NCBI GenBank assembly: GCA_011109175.1
Contig: RDEW01000016.1
Span: 620,134-684,133, forward strand
Source of the DNA: Dicyema japonicum
Lineage: Eukaryota > Animalia > Dicyemida
Direction: 5' to 3'
Length of the DNA: 64,000 nt
This document shows, in pieces, positions 53,700-64,000 of this stretch. Position numbers and translations under genes: made by a program. The notes beneath the pieces were generated by a model. That model was given only the letters and a program-made list of their open reading frames with translations. It did no database searches and was not told the DNA's origin. Within the stretch, counting starts at the first letter, position 1; every line of letters begins with the position of its first letter.

Positions 53700-53990
53700 A
53701 CTAAGAAACTGAAGACCCATTCAGTACAAACTGTAGTCGAAATGAATTTGTGGAGATTTGTGTGAATACGACTGTAGTGAATAACAAATCCGACATTTCC
53801 GTTTATGATAAGATGAAACACACAATTACTTTTGTAGTAACTGGGATCACTTTGCAAAACCGTCTCCAGTACCTCGAGGTAATAGGGATCCACAATTATG
53901 ACCTACAGGTGAACGAACTTGCGATTAACCAGCTTGCAAAGATAAAAAACCGGCCTGAGTTTAAGATTTTCATGCATTTCAGATAGTATA
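53700..53990 (+). mobile_element. R4/NeSL-type restriction-like endonuclease domain fragment
   Basis: TTVVNNKSDISVYDKMKHTITFVVTGIT..LEV..NYDLQVNEL resembles the N(K/R)PD..D..E..KY RLE pattern, with catalytic residues degenerate. Confidence 0.55.
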
Positions 53991-54249
53991 ACTGAGAACA
54001 GTGTTCATTTATTAGAGTATCCTTTTAGTATTACTTTAACTAAATAATTTCTCTTTGATAGAGAAAATATTTTATTAAAAAGTCTCGTTAACAGTTATTT
54101 AAAATCTTGGGAACAAATGAGTAATGAGAAGAAATAAGAGAAACAGTAAGAAAAGTCATCGTGCCATAAACACGAATGATGTTAGCTTTGTCACTTATTC
54201 CGATAAATTTATCTTTTATAGCATTACAGTTGTCTACAAAATCAAGTAA

Positions 54250-54720
54250 ATAATCCCTAAATTATTTCTCTGTTATATTGGATTTTTAGTAAAATTTGTG
54301 ATTATTCCTTTACTAATTCAAATAATTAACAAATTGAACAATCAACCAATTTCATCTAATTTACCGAAATTAAGAATCCCAATCATCTTAACTAAAGCGG
54401 TGGTGTGCTGCTATATGATTGATTTTCCAAGTTTGATTAAATTTTTAAACGTTTCAGGCGATTTTTAAAGTTGATTGGATATTATGAAGTTGTAAACATC
54501 CTTTCTCTAGAATACAGTAGATTAAATACCATTTTCAATAATTTCATGTGTCATTACGGAAAAATTGTTATTTAGAAAACAAAATTTCGATTGAAAATCA
54601 ATTGGTGTAGTTTTTTGAAATGAATTCGCAATAACAGTGATTGCTTTTTTATTAATACGATATTCAATATCAGCAATTAATGCTGAAACAAATATATTGG
54701 AATGCTAACCAGTCAACCAA
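54250..54720 (-). pseudogene. Degenerate LAMP-like paralogue fragment
   Basis: 54490-54600 shares CATT.CGGAAAAATTGTTATTTA...AAATTTCGAT and the following mini-intron with 32740-32830. Confidence 0.45.
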
Positions 54721-55449
54721 TATTCACGATGATCATTCTTGATTCATAATTAGGAACAAAATGACTTGATAGTGACGTTTCCAATATCTAAGAATCAACG
54801 CACACGTTTTTTCATTCAGAAGACTCCAATTATGCCATGATCGAGGACCGATTGATAGATGCATATGATCTGGACGAATTCATGAGGCGAGCAAGACGAA
54901 TAAAGGGATTGAGAAGTCTAACGGATAGAATAGTCTAAAACATGGCACAAGCAAAACCAAAACATTGTTTACTTGCAACGCGGACGTGCATTAACTAATA
55001 TTAACCAACTTAACAATTTTCATATATTAATGCAACCCCTACTGCAACCACTACGGACTTGGCTTTGCTATACATCAATGTCTTGATGGGAGAATCCACA
55101 AAATGTGGAGGGTCAATGACAGAATAGCAGTACTACAGATTTAGAGTGGGAGGACTGATAATTCTTTTATATAGAGTGAAAATTAATTATTTAAAGTGCT
55201 TAGGAGAGTTTAAATAAGTATTTTATTATTGTCTTTGTAAAAAAAGTGTTTAAATAAGCAGCTCAAAAAATCAAAATTTGATTATTTTACCTCGTAGGGT
55301 TTCTCACATTGTCCCCCATCTCCGGGATCTCTAAGATCTAATATTAGTACCTAGATATGATTTAATATGCAAATTTTTAAAATTATCATTTAAGGTCACG
55401 CCACTTTACAAATAAAGCATACTCATTTAATACTACCACGGTTGTTTTA

Positions 55450-57300
55450 CAACCAAAGAGACGTACCCCAGCTTCAAATCTTATGCAAATATCGAAATCT
55501 GCAAGATTCTGCTAGGAGAACAGTGGTATTTCACGTGATATTCCACTCAATTCTAAGTTCTGCTGGAACATGCACTATGACCATTTACGTGCAGGCGACA
55601 GTAAAACAATTGATGTGAGAACACACTGTCCGTAAATTAGAAACAATTTAATTTTTTCTATATACTCACCATCAATAAAATCACTCTCCGAGTATGTGAT
55701 ATTTATTAGCTCCGATTTATTTATGTTTATTTCAAGTCTGAGGTTTCGTAGTGCCGGCACGGCATGTGACAGAACGTCGTGAACTTTTCTCCACGGACCT
55801 CCAATCATAGCGTCATCAAGCTACCAGAAGTGTAGTTGTGTGTTTATAGAGCGGACAATTTCATCGATGGCCAGAGCGAAAAGTAGTGGACCAAGTGTGT
55901 ACCCTTGTTGAACTCCAGTCTCCAAACGGATAATCTTTTCCCCGAAAACCAGTAAAGAATTGGTTCCGTAAGCAAGAAAGACAAGTGAAATAAGTTCCGG
56001 GGCTCGTTTGCTTGTAGTTTCTAAAATTTGATCCCTCCTCAGTGAATTGAAGGCATTGCAGATGTCCAGCTTGACCCCAATGTGTGGGTTTTGTTCGTTT
56101 TTCTGTCCAAAAAAACACCTCGCAGCATGCACTGTCGTTTCGCATCCGTTCCTTACACCAACCCCAATTCTTCATATATTCTCGGACAGACAATGCTGCA
56201 TACGATTTTCGGTGTCAGTCTTCTGAAATAGTTGCGACCACCTTCGGGTTTTTTGAAAGCCGGTAAATGTGCACTGAAAAAAAGTTCCCTTGCGTGGGGA
56301 GGAATATCTCCGTTCAAAATACGCATAACCAGTTTTGTAATTGATTTAATAAGGTTGCAGCCAGCTTCTGCAATAGCCTCTTTGATGTGATCCGGCCGAA
56401 AGCTATCGATACCTCCACTGCTACTCGCCGCATACGACGAGATGCCGCGTCGCACTTCGCCTTCGGTGACGGTCATCCTTGACAAATTTCCCGGAATTAC
56501 GAATGGGCGGTAATCTGCCGGAGGACATGGATGTTTTCGTTTGAGTAGCTCCAGCACCTCAGGTGTCGCAGCCATAACAGTTTCGTCGCTTTCGAATAGT
56601 TTGCGGTTCACTCACTCCAAGTTTGTCCGGGCCATTCAAATAAATTGGAAAATTGGAATCAGAATGTCTTGTTTTCATGACTTCTTCCTTGGTGAGAGGA
56701 TGCACATAGAAAACCTGGATGTTCTTCATTTTTGAGGAAAGGGAGTTGCAAAGTGTCGTGCTTTCTCCTGTATTCCGTTGATCTTTTTTTGAGTCGATAA
56801 ATGGAATTCTAAGGGCCATCAGGGCAAAACTGAGGAGTTTTAGCCAGGCCTCCAGGTCGTCCGACGTGAGGGCATCGTCAATTGCAGAGGCCAGACATGT
56901 AGCCGCGGGGATCCGGACGGGTCTTGGGATCCTGATTGGGATCTTCCTGACTTTCTTTAGATCCGACAAGAAGAGCAAGAGGTTGTCCATATCATTAAAG
57001 TCTAGAGGCTCATTTGGTTCGACGTGCTCGCTTGGAATGATCCTCTAGGTTTTCCGACCAGTGTCCATGCAGACACTGCAGTTCCACAGGCAGAGCGAGC
57101 ATGCAGCCCGCTGAGATATCTTTATGCATCCAAGGTGGAAAAAGTCACCGCAAGACGAGCAGAAAAGTCCATATTTGCGTGCATTAGCATGACTGCATGA
57201 AAAGCATGTAGTGTCCAGTCTCTTGGGTGTAATGTGTGTTGCTTCATTATATGAACGACGCTCCATGATGATACAATTACTCACCACACAGGCGTTAATT
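55450..57300 (-). mobile_element. CRE-like non-LTR retrotransposon (PHD finger plus RT), decayed
   Basis: IPRPVRIPAATCLASAID..AWLKLL, SSGGIDSFRPDHIK, FKKPEGG, GCETTVHAARCF, VKLDICNAFNSL and GVQQGYTLGPLLFAL. Upstream C4HC3 finger CFSC..CSSCGDFFHLGC..WNCSVC. Confidence 0.8.
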
Positions 57301-57399
57301 GAATTTATTTGTTGCATAGAAGAAGATTTTTTTGCGAATCACTTTAAAAAATTAATACGCCAATCATTGGTAATAGTATCGAAACCTTGGTATTCCTTA

Positions 57400-57660
57400 C
57401 CGACTTCTCCGTTCACTCTGGGATCTTTCAATTGCAGAGGACTTAAACAACCTTACAAGAAACACCAACTGGTATGCGATCTAACCAAATATGACGTCTC
57501 TGTCTGCTGTCTACAAGAGACAAAAACGACCGTACAATGTACAGAACTGTTTGGAAAATTCCACCTTTTTATCCTCCCGTCGGCCTGCCGACATTATGGT
57601 CTCGGATTTGCAGTCCATCAGGATCTGATTCACTACGTTACAAGAGTGTGGACAGCATCT
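57400..57660 (+). mobile_element. RTE-like endonuclease 5' fragment
   Basis: LGSFNCRGLKQPYKKHQLVCDLTKYDVSVCCLQETK..HYGLGFAVH. Confidence 0.8.
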
Positions 57661-57849
57661 GATATTATAATGGAAATGGCGGACGACCTGGACTACCTAG
57701 AGAACTAGTGCGCAACAGAAGATCATGGTCGAAGCTAACGGAGAGGATGGTTCGGAATACGGCACAAGGGAAACTTAACTAATTTTATGTTTTCTCGGGA
57801 GTGCTTTTTAATAATAATCGAAATTTTGGCAAAATGTATCCTGTGAAAT

Positions 57850-58380
57850 AATTAAAAATTACTGGGATAATACCTTCGTGGGCGTTGTCCATGGAGCTGA
57901 AGTCGATTCCAGAACTCGTCGCCATAGAGAGAAATTATCTCCCATTGGAAAGAATAGATGGACCTTTTTGAATACCGACCTGAATTAGGCGCCTCCGGAG
58001 AGAGGTGGATCAATTGACGACATCGGAGGGAAGGAAAAGAAATCTTTAATCAAATAGCCAGATGGCACCACACGGCCATTAATTCATAAAAAATCAATGG
58101 TAGTTCGTTTGTAATTGGCTCAAGTCATTGTTGCGCGCCAGTTCAACAGCAAGCACTGCTAAAGATTTGAAAAGGAGTAAGTACCACGGCATCGTTGATT
58201 TCCAGCCGATCTCCATTGAGACGTCTGAGTTTATCAGGTTAATCGGACGGCTTGCAGGGAAGCGGAAGAGTGTACATAGAATGACGTGATGGTTTTTCCA
58301 GACCATTGGGATCGCGATTATGAAAGGTAACTCCCATTGCGTGCTCAATGCCTGCAGGACATAATGGAGACCTATCATAA
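57850..58380 (+). mobile_element. I/Nimb-like LINE 3' end
   Basis: Ends with GCTCAATGCCTGCAGGACATAATGGAGACC, as in the 6290-6330 copy. Confidence 0.65.
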
Positions 58381-59689
58381 CTCTCCATGATTAATCAAAA
58401 AGGTAATTGAAACTATCCATTCTTGAACTCTATCTAAAGCTGTGCGTCAAACCATGAATCTCATATGCAGTGCTTCATGCAACCATTTTATCTCTTGGAC
58501 AAATTCCATAAAATTCAAATGCTTCTAATTTTCAAAACGATGGACTTCTGGAAACTCCCAGTATCCAATGCCTCGGGAATCGTTAATACGTAAGAACCTA
58601 GGAACGTTCCGTTGCGACTACATGAAACCAGTTGCATACGTGGGCTTGAGGGAGGATCATCTTTCCATGATGAAGTCTCTTTTGAATCACGTGATTAGTT
58701 AGTTTGGTGTCACCATTGTCTTGGGAATTGTTTCATTTCAGTGAATAAGACTGTTGTTAGAAAATATCCTGGCGAATTGTCTATCGACTCATGAGGGGAT
58801 GTGTTACGCAACTTATAGGCAGACAAAAAAACAGTTTTTTATTAAATAATTCGTCTAAGAAACATTTCTTAAATTGGCTATCCACCCAAAATAATTTTGA
58901 CCAGAAACAAAAATAATCGAGTTTTGATGTAAATTGAATTTTAATTGAAAAACGTTTGAAGGTAATATCAGAATAAACCACGGAGCAATTTATCACCGAA
59001 ATTACGTATTATTGGTGTATAAATTGGTAAGGATGGCAAGAGAAAGAGAAACTTATTTAACACTAAAAGACATAGCTAACAGATTCAAAATTGTATTTCA
59101 GTGACGATTTATGTGGAATTATCTGGATTTTCCATCAATAAGTTTTTATTATGGAAAAACAACATATTTTTCCATGCATTACTATAAAAAATCTTGTAAA
59201 TTAAAAAAGGATTTTTATTATTTAAATTATTAACAAAAAACAGAAATTTTTAACCTGAAAGAATTAATGGAGAATTGAGACCAGTAAACAGAGCACTATG
59301 GACGGTGAAGACCTCAGTAGTCTGGTGAGTCTGGCATTGAAAGTATCTCTGATGATACAAACGCAGCATGAATGGAAATATAGCTAATATGATTATATGT
59401 TGTTGCTTATAATAATTAGACATGTAGCTCGTCCCTACTCACGTGTAGAGATGATGGACTCTTCAAGTATCACACTAAATGATCGCCTTCGAGAGGTATT
59501 ACGAAAATGTACCACTTTATTGAACCAGTTGCTCTTATACAGGGAGAACTTGGATGACAATTCTATGATTGTAAATATGTGAAATATTCAACAGTGTTAT
59601 TAGAGTAAATCAATAAACTATTATTGGGGGATTATACAAACCTGGCAACGTTGTTAAAGGATTATTTACGGTTTATATATTTATAAAGA

Positions 59690-60137
59690 ATGGAGAGAGT
59701 AACATATTAATATTATTTAGAACTTGAAGAATATGGTTTTAAATATGTTCAAAAAATCACTTGAAGACAACATTAAAATTCGAAAAAATTCCAGATTCGA
59801 AAATTCATACAATCTTAATGATTACATTAAATTTGATAGAGTTTTGATACAAAATAAACTACAATCTCTTTTGAACAGTACAATTGTGGACCACGTGTAT
59901 GACATGAAGTCAAGCCCGGCTCTTTTGTTGACTTTAACTAATACAATATCAGAAACTATGAAGATATTGGTTTCTACACGATTTAGAATAGTCGTCCTTA
60001 CAATGATAGGAATGAACAATTTTGCTGTTTCTACGGGAAAATTGAGTGAAAGCAATATTGACGAAACGATCACTGCTATTTCCAATTTCTCTGAAATGTC
60101 AGTTTACGCTTCAGTTAATATTATTTATTTGAATTAA
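59690..60137 (+). CDS. Tctex1-domain dynein light chain (TCTEX1D-like), divergent
   Basis: ATG GAG AGA, a 22-nt intron (59699-59720), then ENSYNL..KFD..LL....DHVYD......L..L...I....K....RFRIVV...IG and a terminal VYASVNIIYLN*, matching the Tctex-1 pattern. Confidence 0.7.
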
Positions 60138-60785
60138 CACTATTAATTGATCTTTGAGTTAATAAACCAATACTTGGGGTACACATGCTTTATTTTAAAA
60201 GGGAAAGTCCAGTTCCACAGTAGAGCATCACTGAGCCTGATGGTATCCTAAATGTTAGGATGAATAGCAGCGAAATTCTAACCGGGAATTTTGTTCGGGA
60301 CTTGCGGCACTCCCTCATTCCAATCTTAAAAAGGTTAAACTTATCAGTTACTCAGCCATAGATTATAATTTTGCAGCCTTAATGGTGGTAAAAAAATGTA
60401 GTCCAAAATATTGTCACACAAATGAGTTTTATGTTCATAAAAATATCAATAAATTCTTCAGTAATGTTTTCATCAAAATTAAAGATATTAATAACGCAGT
60501 GACTGGTTGTTTTGAATATACGTGGGGCATAATTATAATTAAATCAATCATTTCTTTTGGAATTTGTGGATCGATTTAATTAATTGCATTTATTATTGGT
60601 CACTAATTTATATAAACCTCACATAAAGAACTTAGTAATCCTAGTAAATCCACTTAATAGCATCTCCTAGGCTTTAAATTGTCTCACGTGTATTCCAGAC
60701 TCCATAATGTGTTGAGTCAATACCCCAAACTTATAGTAATCCTATTAAAGCGTTTAAGACCACTGTGTGAGTATAAGAGACTCTC

Positions 60786-60985
60786 AAAAAACGAAATTAG
60801 TAGTCCCTAAATCCAATGTGAGAAAAGGAGACTTTCTAAAAATGCACAAAATAATAGTCCCCAAGACCACAGAGTGAGGGGAAAGATGCGTTGAAAAACA
60901 CAAAATAGTAACCCAAAGGCCACAGTGTGAAGGAAAGAGACTCCCTAAAGATACACAAAGTAATAGTCCCCACAATCAATAATTG
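60786..60985. repeat. Diverged minisatellite, about 4 copies of a ~54-bp unit
   Basis: Recurring AAAAA.(G)CA.AAA.TA.TAGTCCC.AA....CA.(T)GTGAG..AAAG.GACT unit, just 3' of the V-ATPase c stop codon. Confidence 0.75.
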
Positions 60986-61059
60986 CAATCTGATACAATG
61001 GAACCGCAAAACGTGAGAAATAGAACTCCAAAGCATATTAGTAAAATTTAATAAGGAAA

Positions 61060-61574
61060 TCAGAATTTAATCGAATAGACGAGGGCAATTATGAATCCAT
61101 ACAATCCCAAAACTTCAGAGAAGATCAGATTAAGAACCATTCCAATGTAAAGTCGAGGCTGATGGACTATACCACGAACACCCGCATCTCCTACAATCCC
61201 AATGGCATAACCAGCACCCAAGGAACAGAGACCACAACTCAATCCGGCCCCAAAGTGAACAAAACTCCTAACACGTGACCATCATGCTTACTCGAATAGA
61301 GAATATCCCGTGGTGGTCAGTTTAGTAGATATAACAAGGGAGATTACGAGTCCGTAGATGGCAAGTAATCCAGCCATGACTACTGGGACGATAGCCTTGA
61401 TGATTAGATCAGGCTTCATGACGGCCATAGCTGCTATACCAGTTCCTGACTTTGCCGTCCCATAAGCAGCTCCCATGACTGACCATTAAGATGCAAATAA
61501 CCTGAGAACACGATAGCAGAGGCTGAGCCCATAATTCCAAAAAATGGCGCATAAATTGGGTCTGCGGTAGCCAT
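61060..61574 (-). CDS. ATP6V0C: V-type ATPase 16-kDa proteolipid subunit c
   Basis: [24 protein letters not shown]|[21 protein letters not shown]|[31 protein letters not shown]. Introns: 61479-61501 (23 nt) and 61268-61291 (24 nt). Confidence 0.96.
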
Positions 61575-63129
61575 GAAAAGATTACAACAAAACTAATTAA
61601 TTTTTTATTAATTTAATTAAATATTATTAATTTATTAGTAATTAAACTAATTATTATTATTTCTTTTGGATTTTATAATTTTAATAATTTTCCAAACAAA
61701 AATAATAATTTGGAATTTTAAAGTTGTTTGTCTCGTACTAAATAATTAATATTATCGTCACCAACTTTATTGTTAAGGAATCTATTTTAATCTCAACACC
61801 AATTTTCATAGGTTTAGTGAATAACTGAATATTAGAGTACAACAACCATACTAAGAGATTTGAGAACTCATAATAGTAGTAACGTCCTTCTTGGTCATAG
61901 AACCTGTTGATGCATTATTGTGATTCCAGATGCACTGTACTTTATTACTGGAGTTGAGATCTCATAGTTTTTCTGCTTTTTGGTTGTATTCACTCTGTTA
62001 CAGTGGGCTCTAAAAGTTATGGCACACTTAATAATTTTAACTATTTTTATATTTTCATGTATAAAATATAAACTAATTTGACTTGTAAATGTTTTTTTTA
62101 ATAAAAAAGTTAAGTACAAAAAAAGTACTTTCTAATTTGTTAAATTTAATAGTTGGATAAACAAAAAAACAAGTTTTAAAAATATTAAATGTTATTTAGA
62201 GGTCAATAAGTGTTGCACAGTAATACTTTGTTGCATGACCTTTTGCAACTATTATTAATTTGTAAATTTTTTTGAAATTTTATTCCATTCCTCGAGCAAA
62301 ATATTTTCAACTTCATTAAATTTAGCAGTTTTCTCTTCCCTATTTTTATTTTCAAAGTTCTTTATAAAAATAAAAAATCATATATTTTAACTATTTCTTG
62401 CTGTTCTTCAATAAAATTAATTAGTCCTAATATCACAAATGAAAAAATTTTACCTCGAGTTAAGATTCTAGTATTCCTTATATACGTTCTCCATTTTCGG
62501 CTTTAAGTACGTCATATTCTTTTTAAACTCCGCAGTATTTCTTATAATCCAGTCCATCGTATAATTGACACCGGGGGATTATGCATTTTCTTGTCTAAAG
62601 ATTTGTATTTTACGCAACCTTAAAATCACCATTTTCGGTGAGTAACTGCCTTCAACAAATTTTAGAAAGCTGTGTTTCTCGCTATTATTAATCTTCTTGA
62701 TATTCTTTATTTAATTGTTCAGCTTTGTATTCTCTATTACCCCCACACCCATAAAAATATAGAAAGGTATACCTGACAAAAAATAAAAATACCTACAAAA
62801 TACTGGGGATCGAGTAAAAAGCCATGCGGATTTCAACCAAACACAATAAAGTTTTGTAGTGCCTAGACTTTGACTCATGTCCCGACATAATAAATTTTGT
62901 GAGGGTGATGCTCCTCCCTCTACCACATACAACCACGAATTGGCCGAATGACTAGATCTTCGTAGTCAGAACAGCACGTTCTACGGTTCATGCGTATCAT
63001 GGATTCTAGGAACTCTATAGAAATTCAACGTTCCGTAATTTTGGAGGCTCTTTTTCGGCTAGCTTCGATCTTCAAGAAGTTATATTAATTAAGTTATTTA
63101 AAACCAAGAATCAACGACAAAACAAAAGA

Positions 63130-63660
63130 GAGTAGGGGCCGTCAGGTGATCTCGGCCTCTTTAAGCAGCCGCCTCATTCTTTCTCGGTGCTACTCCCGAG
63201 TGCCGAAACATTTCCTGTATGGACGAATGATTTTTAGGAAGTTTAGAGGTTTTGGCAGAACCCCCGTAATTCCTCGAACGGAGTTGGTTGTAATGTAGAG
63301 GAGGATCTTTGTAGGGTCTTCGTTACTGTGTCTTGGAAGGAGTTTAATTTCTTTAGATTGTTATGGGATAAATAAGTACCCCATATCGCGCATCAGTAGC
63401 TGATTTACTATAGTATATTGAGAGTAGAGATGATTTACTGTTGGATGGAAACATCTATTGTAATATCCAAGTAGCGTTTTTACAAATTTTAGTTTTCGCT
63501 GGGAAGAAGAGATTATGTTGCTCACATGTTTGCTGAAGGTTAGTTGGTCATATGTGACCCCCAGTATTTTGGTTGAATTTTTGGAGAGGATTGTTATTCC
63601 ATTTAGAGTCAACGATAGTGCCGAGTTAGTCAATCTGTTGGAAGTAAAGATCATGAAGCA
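63130..63660 (-). mobile_element. I/Jockey-group LINE RT C-terminal fragment
   Basis: LTLNGITI..TKILGVTYD.LTFSKHVSNI thumb motif. Confidence 0.75.
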
Positions 63661-64000
63661 CGATTATTTCTCACTGAACTTTTTGGAATACTGAATAGTT
63701 TTGAAATTCGTCAATAATTTTTTTTATTTTGATGAGACTTGCATCTGTTTTAGCTTAAAAGTAAAACTAAATAATTGAAACGAATGACATTATCTTATGC
63801 ACTTTAAAGGACTATTTGTAAAGAGTGACAACATTTTTGACCTATTATTAGAATTAACGATTTATTAACAAGAGTTAAGGAGTTTTCTGGAGGGTATTAC
63901 ATCTGAGTCTTACTATAAGGCTTGGACTCCACACCTGGACTTTTTTTTTTTTCAGGACGTTTCTCCCAGCTTTATATACGTGTCCTGAATCTTTGATCTT

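Noticed and set aside
57780-57840. Spliced-leader RNA or snRNA gene near the CRE element (AATTTTGG Sm-like site)
   Set aside because: The motif is expected by chance in AT-rich DNA, and no stem-loops or repeated leader sequence were found.
60786-60985. CRISPR-like array
   Set aside because: Whole units are diverged copies with no constant repeat plus unique spacer, no cas genes are present, and the context is eukaryotic.
4030-61574. Functional clustering (two Mediator subunits, two V-ATPase subunits, LAMP-like genes, PI4KB)
   Set aside because: The genes are separated by kilobases of TE debris and unrelated genes, with no shared regulatory motif; compatible with chance in a gene-poor genome.

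Overview
AT-rich eukaryotic (animal) genomic DNA. Compact host genes with extremely short GT-AG introns (21-30 nt) are embedded in a dense patchwork of decayed transposable elements. Recognisable host genes: DNAJB13 (radial-spoke HSP40), PI4KB, MED31, MED23, APEH, V-ATPase subunits G and c, and a Tctex1-domain dynein light chain. There is also a locally expanded, apparently lineage-specific family of LAMP-like type-I membrane glycoprotein genes (one intact-looking two-domain copy plus three damaged paralogues) and a decayed BC-box/LRR gene. Mobile DNA includes several non-LTR clades (APE-type with gag ORF1, I/Nimb-like, RTE-like, CRE-like, R4/NeSL-like) and remnants of MULE and hAT. A complete-ended Ginger-like DNA transposon (TGT..ACA TIRs, 5-bp TSD) carries its own 24-nt intron. 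Minute introns plus motile-cilium genes best fit a dicyemid-type ciliated parasite; this is inference, not verified. The most notable oddities are the same-strand overlap of MED31 and PI4KB, the missing in-frame ATG of MED31, the intron-bearing Ginger element and the LAMP-like family. No CRISPR array, rRNA or prokaryotic system was seen. Coordinates of TE fragments and of multi-exon gene ends are approximate.
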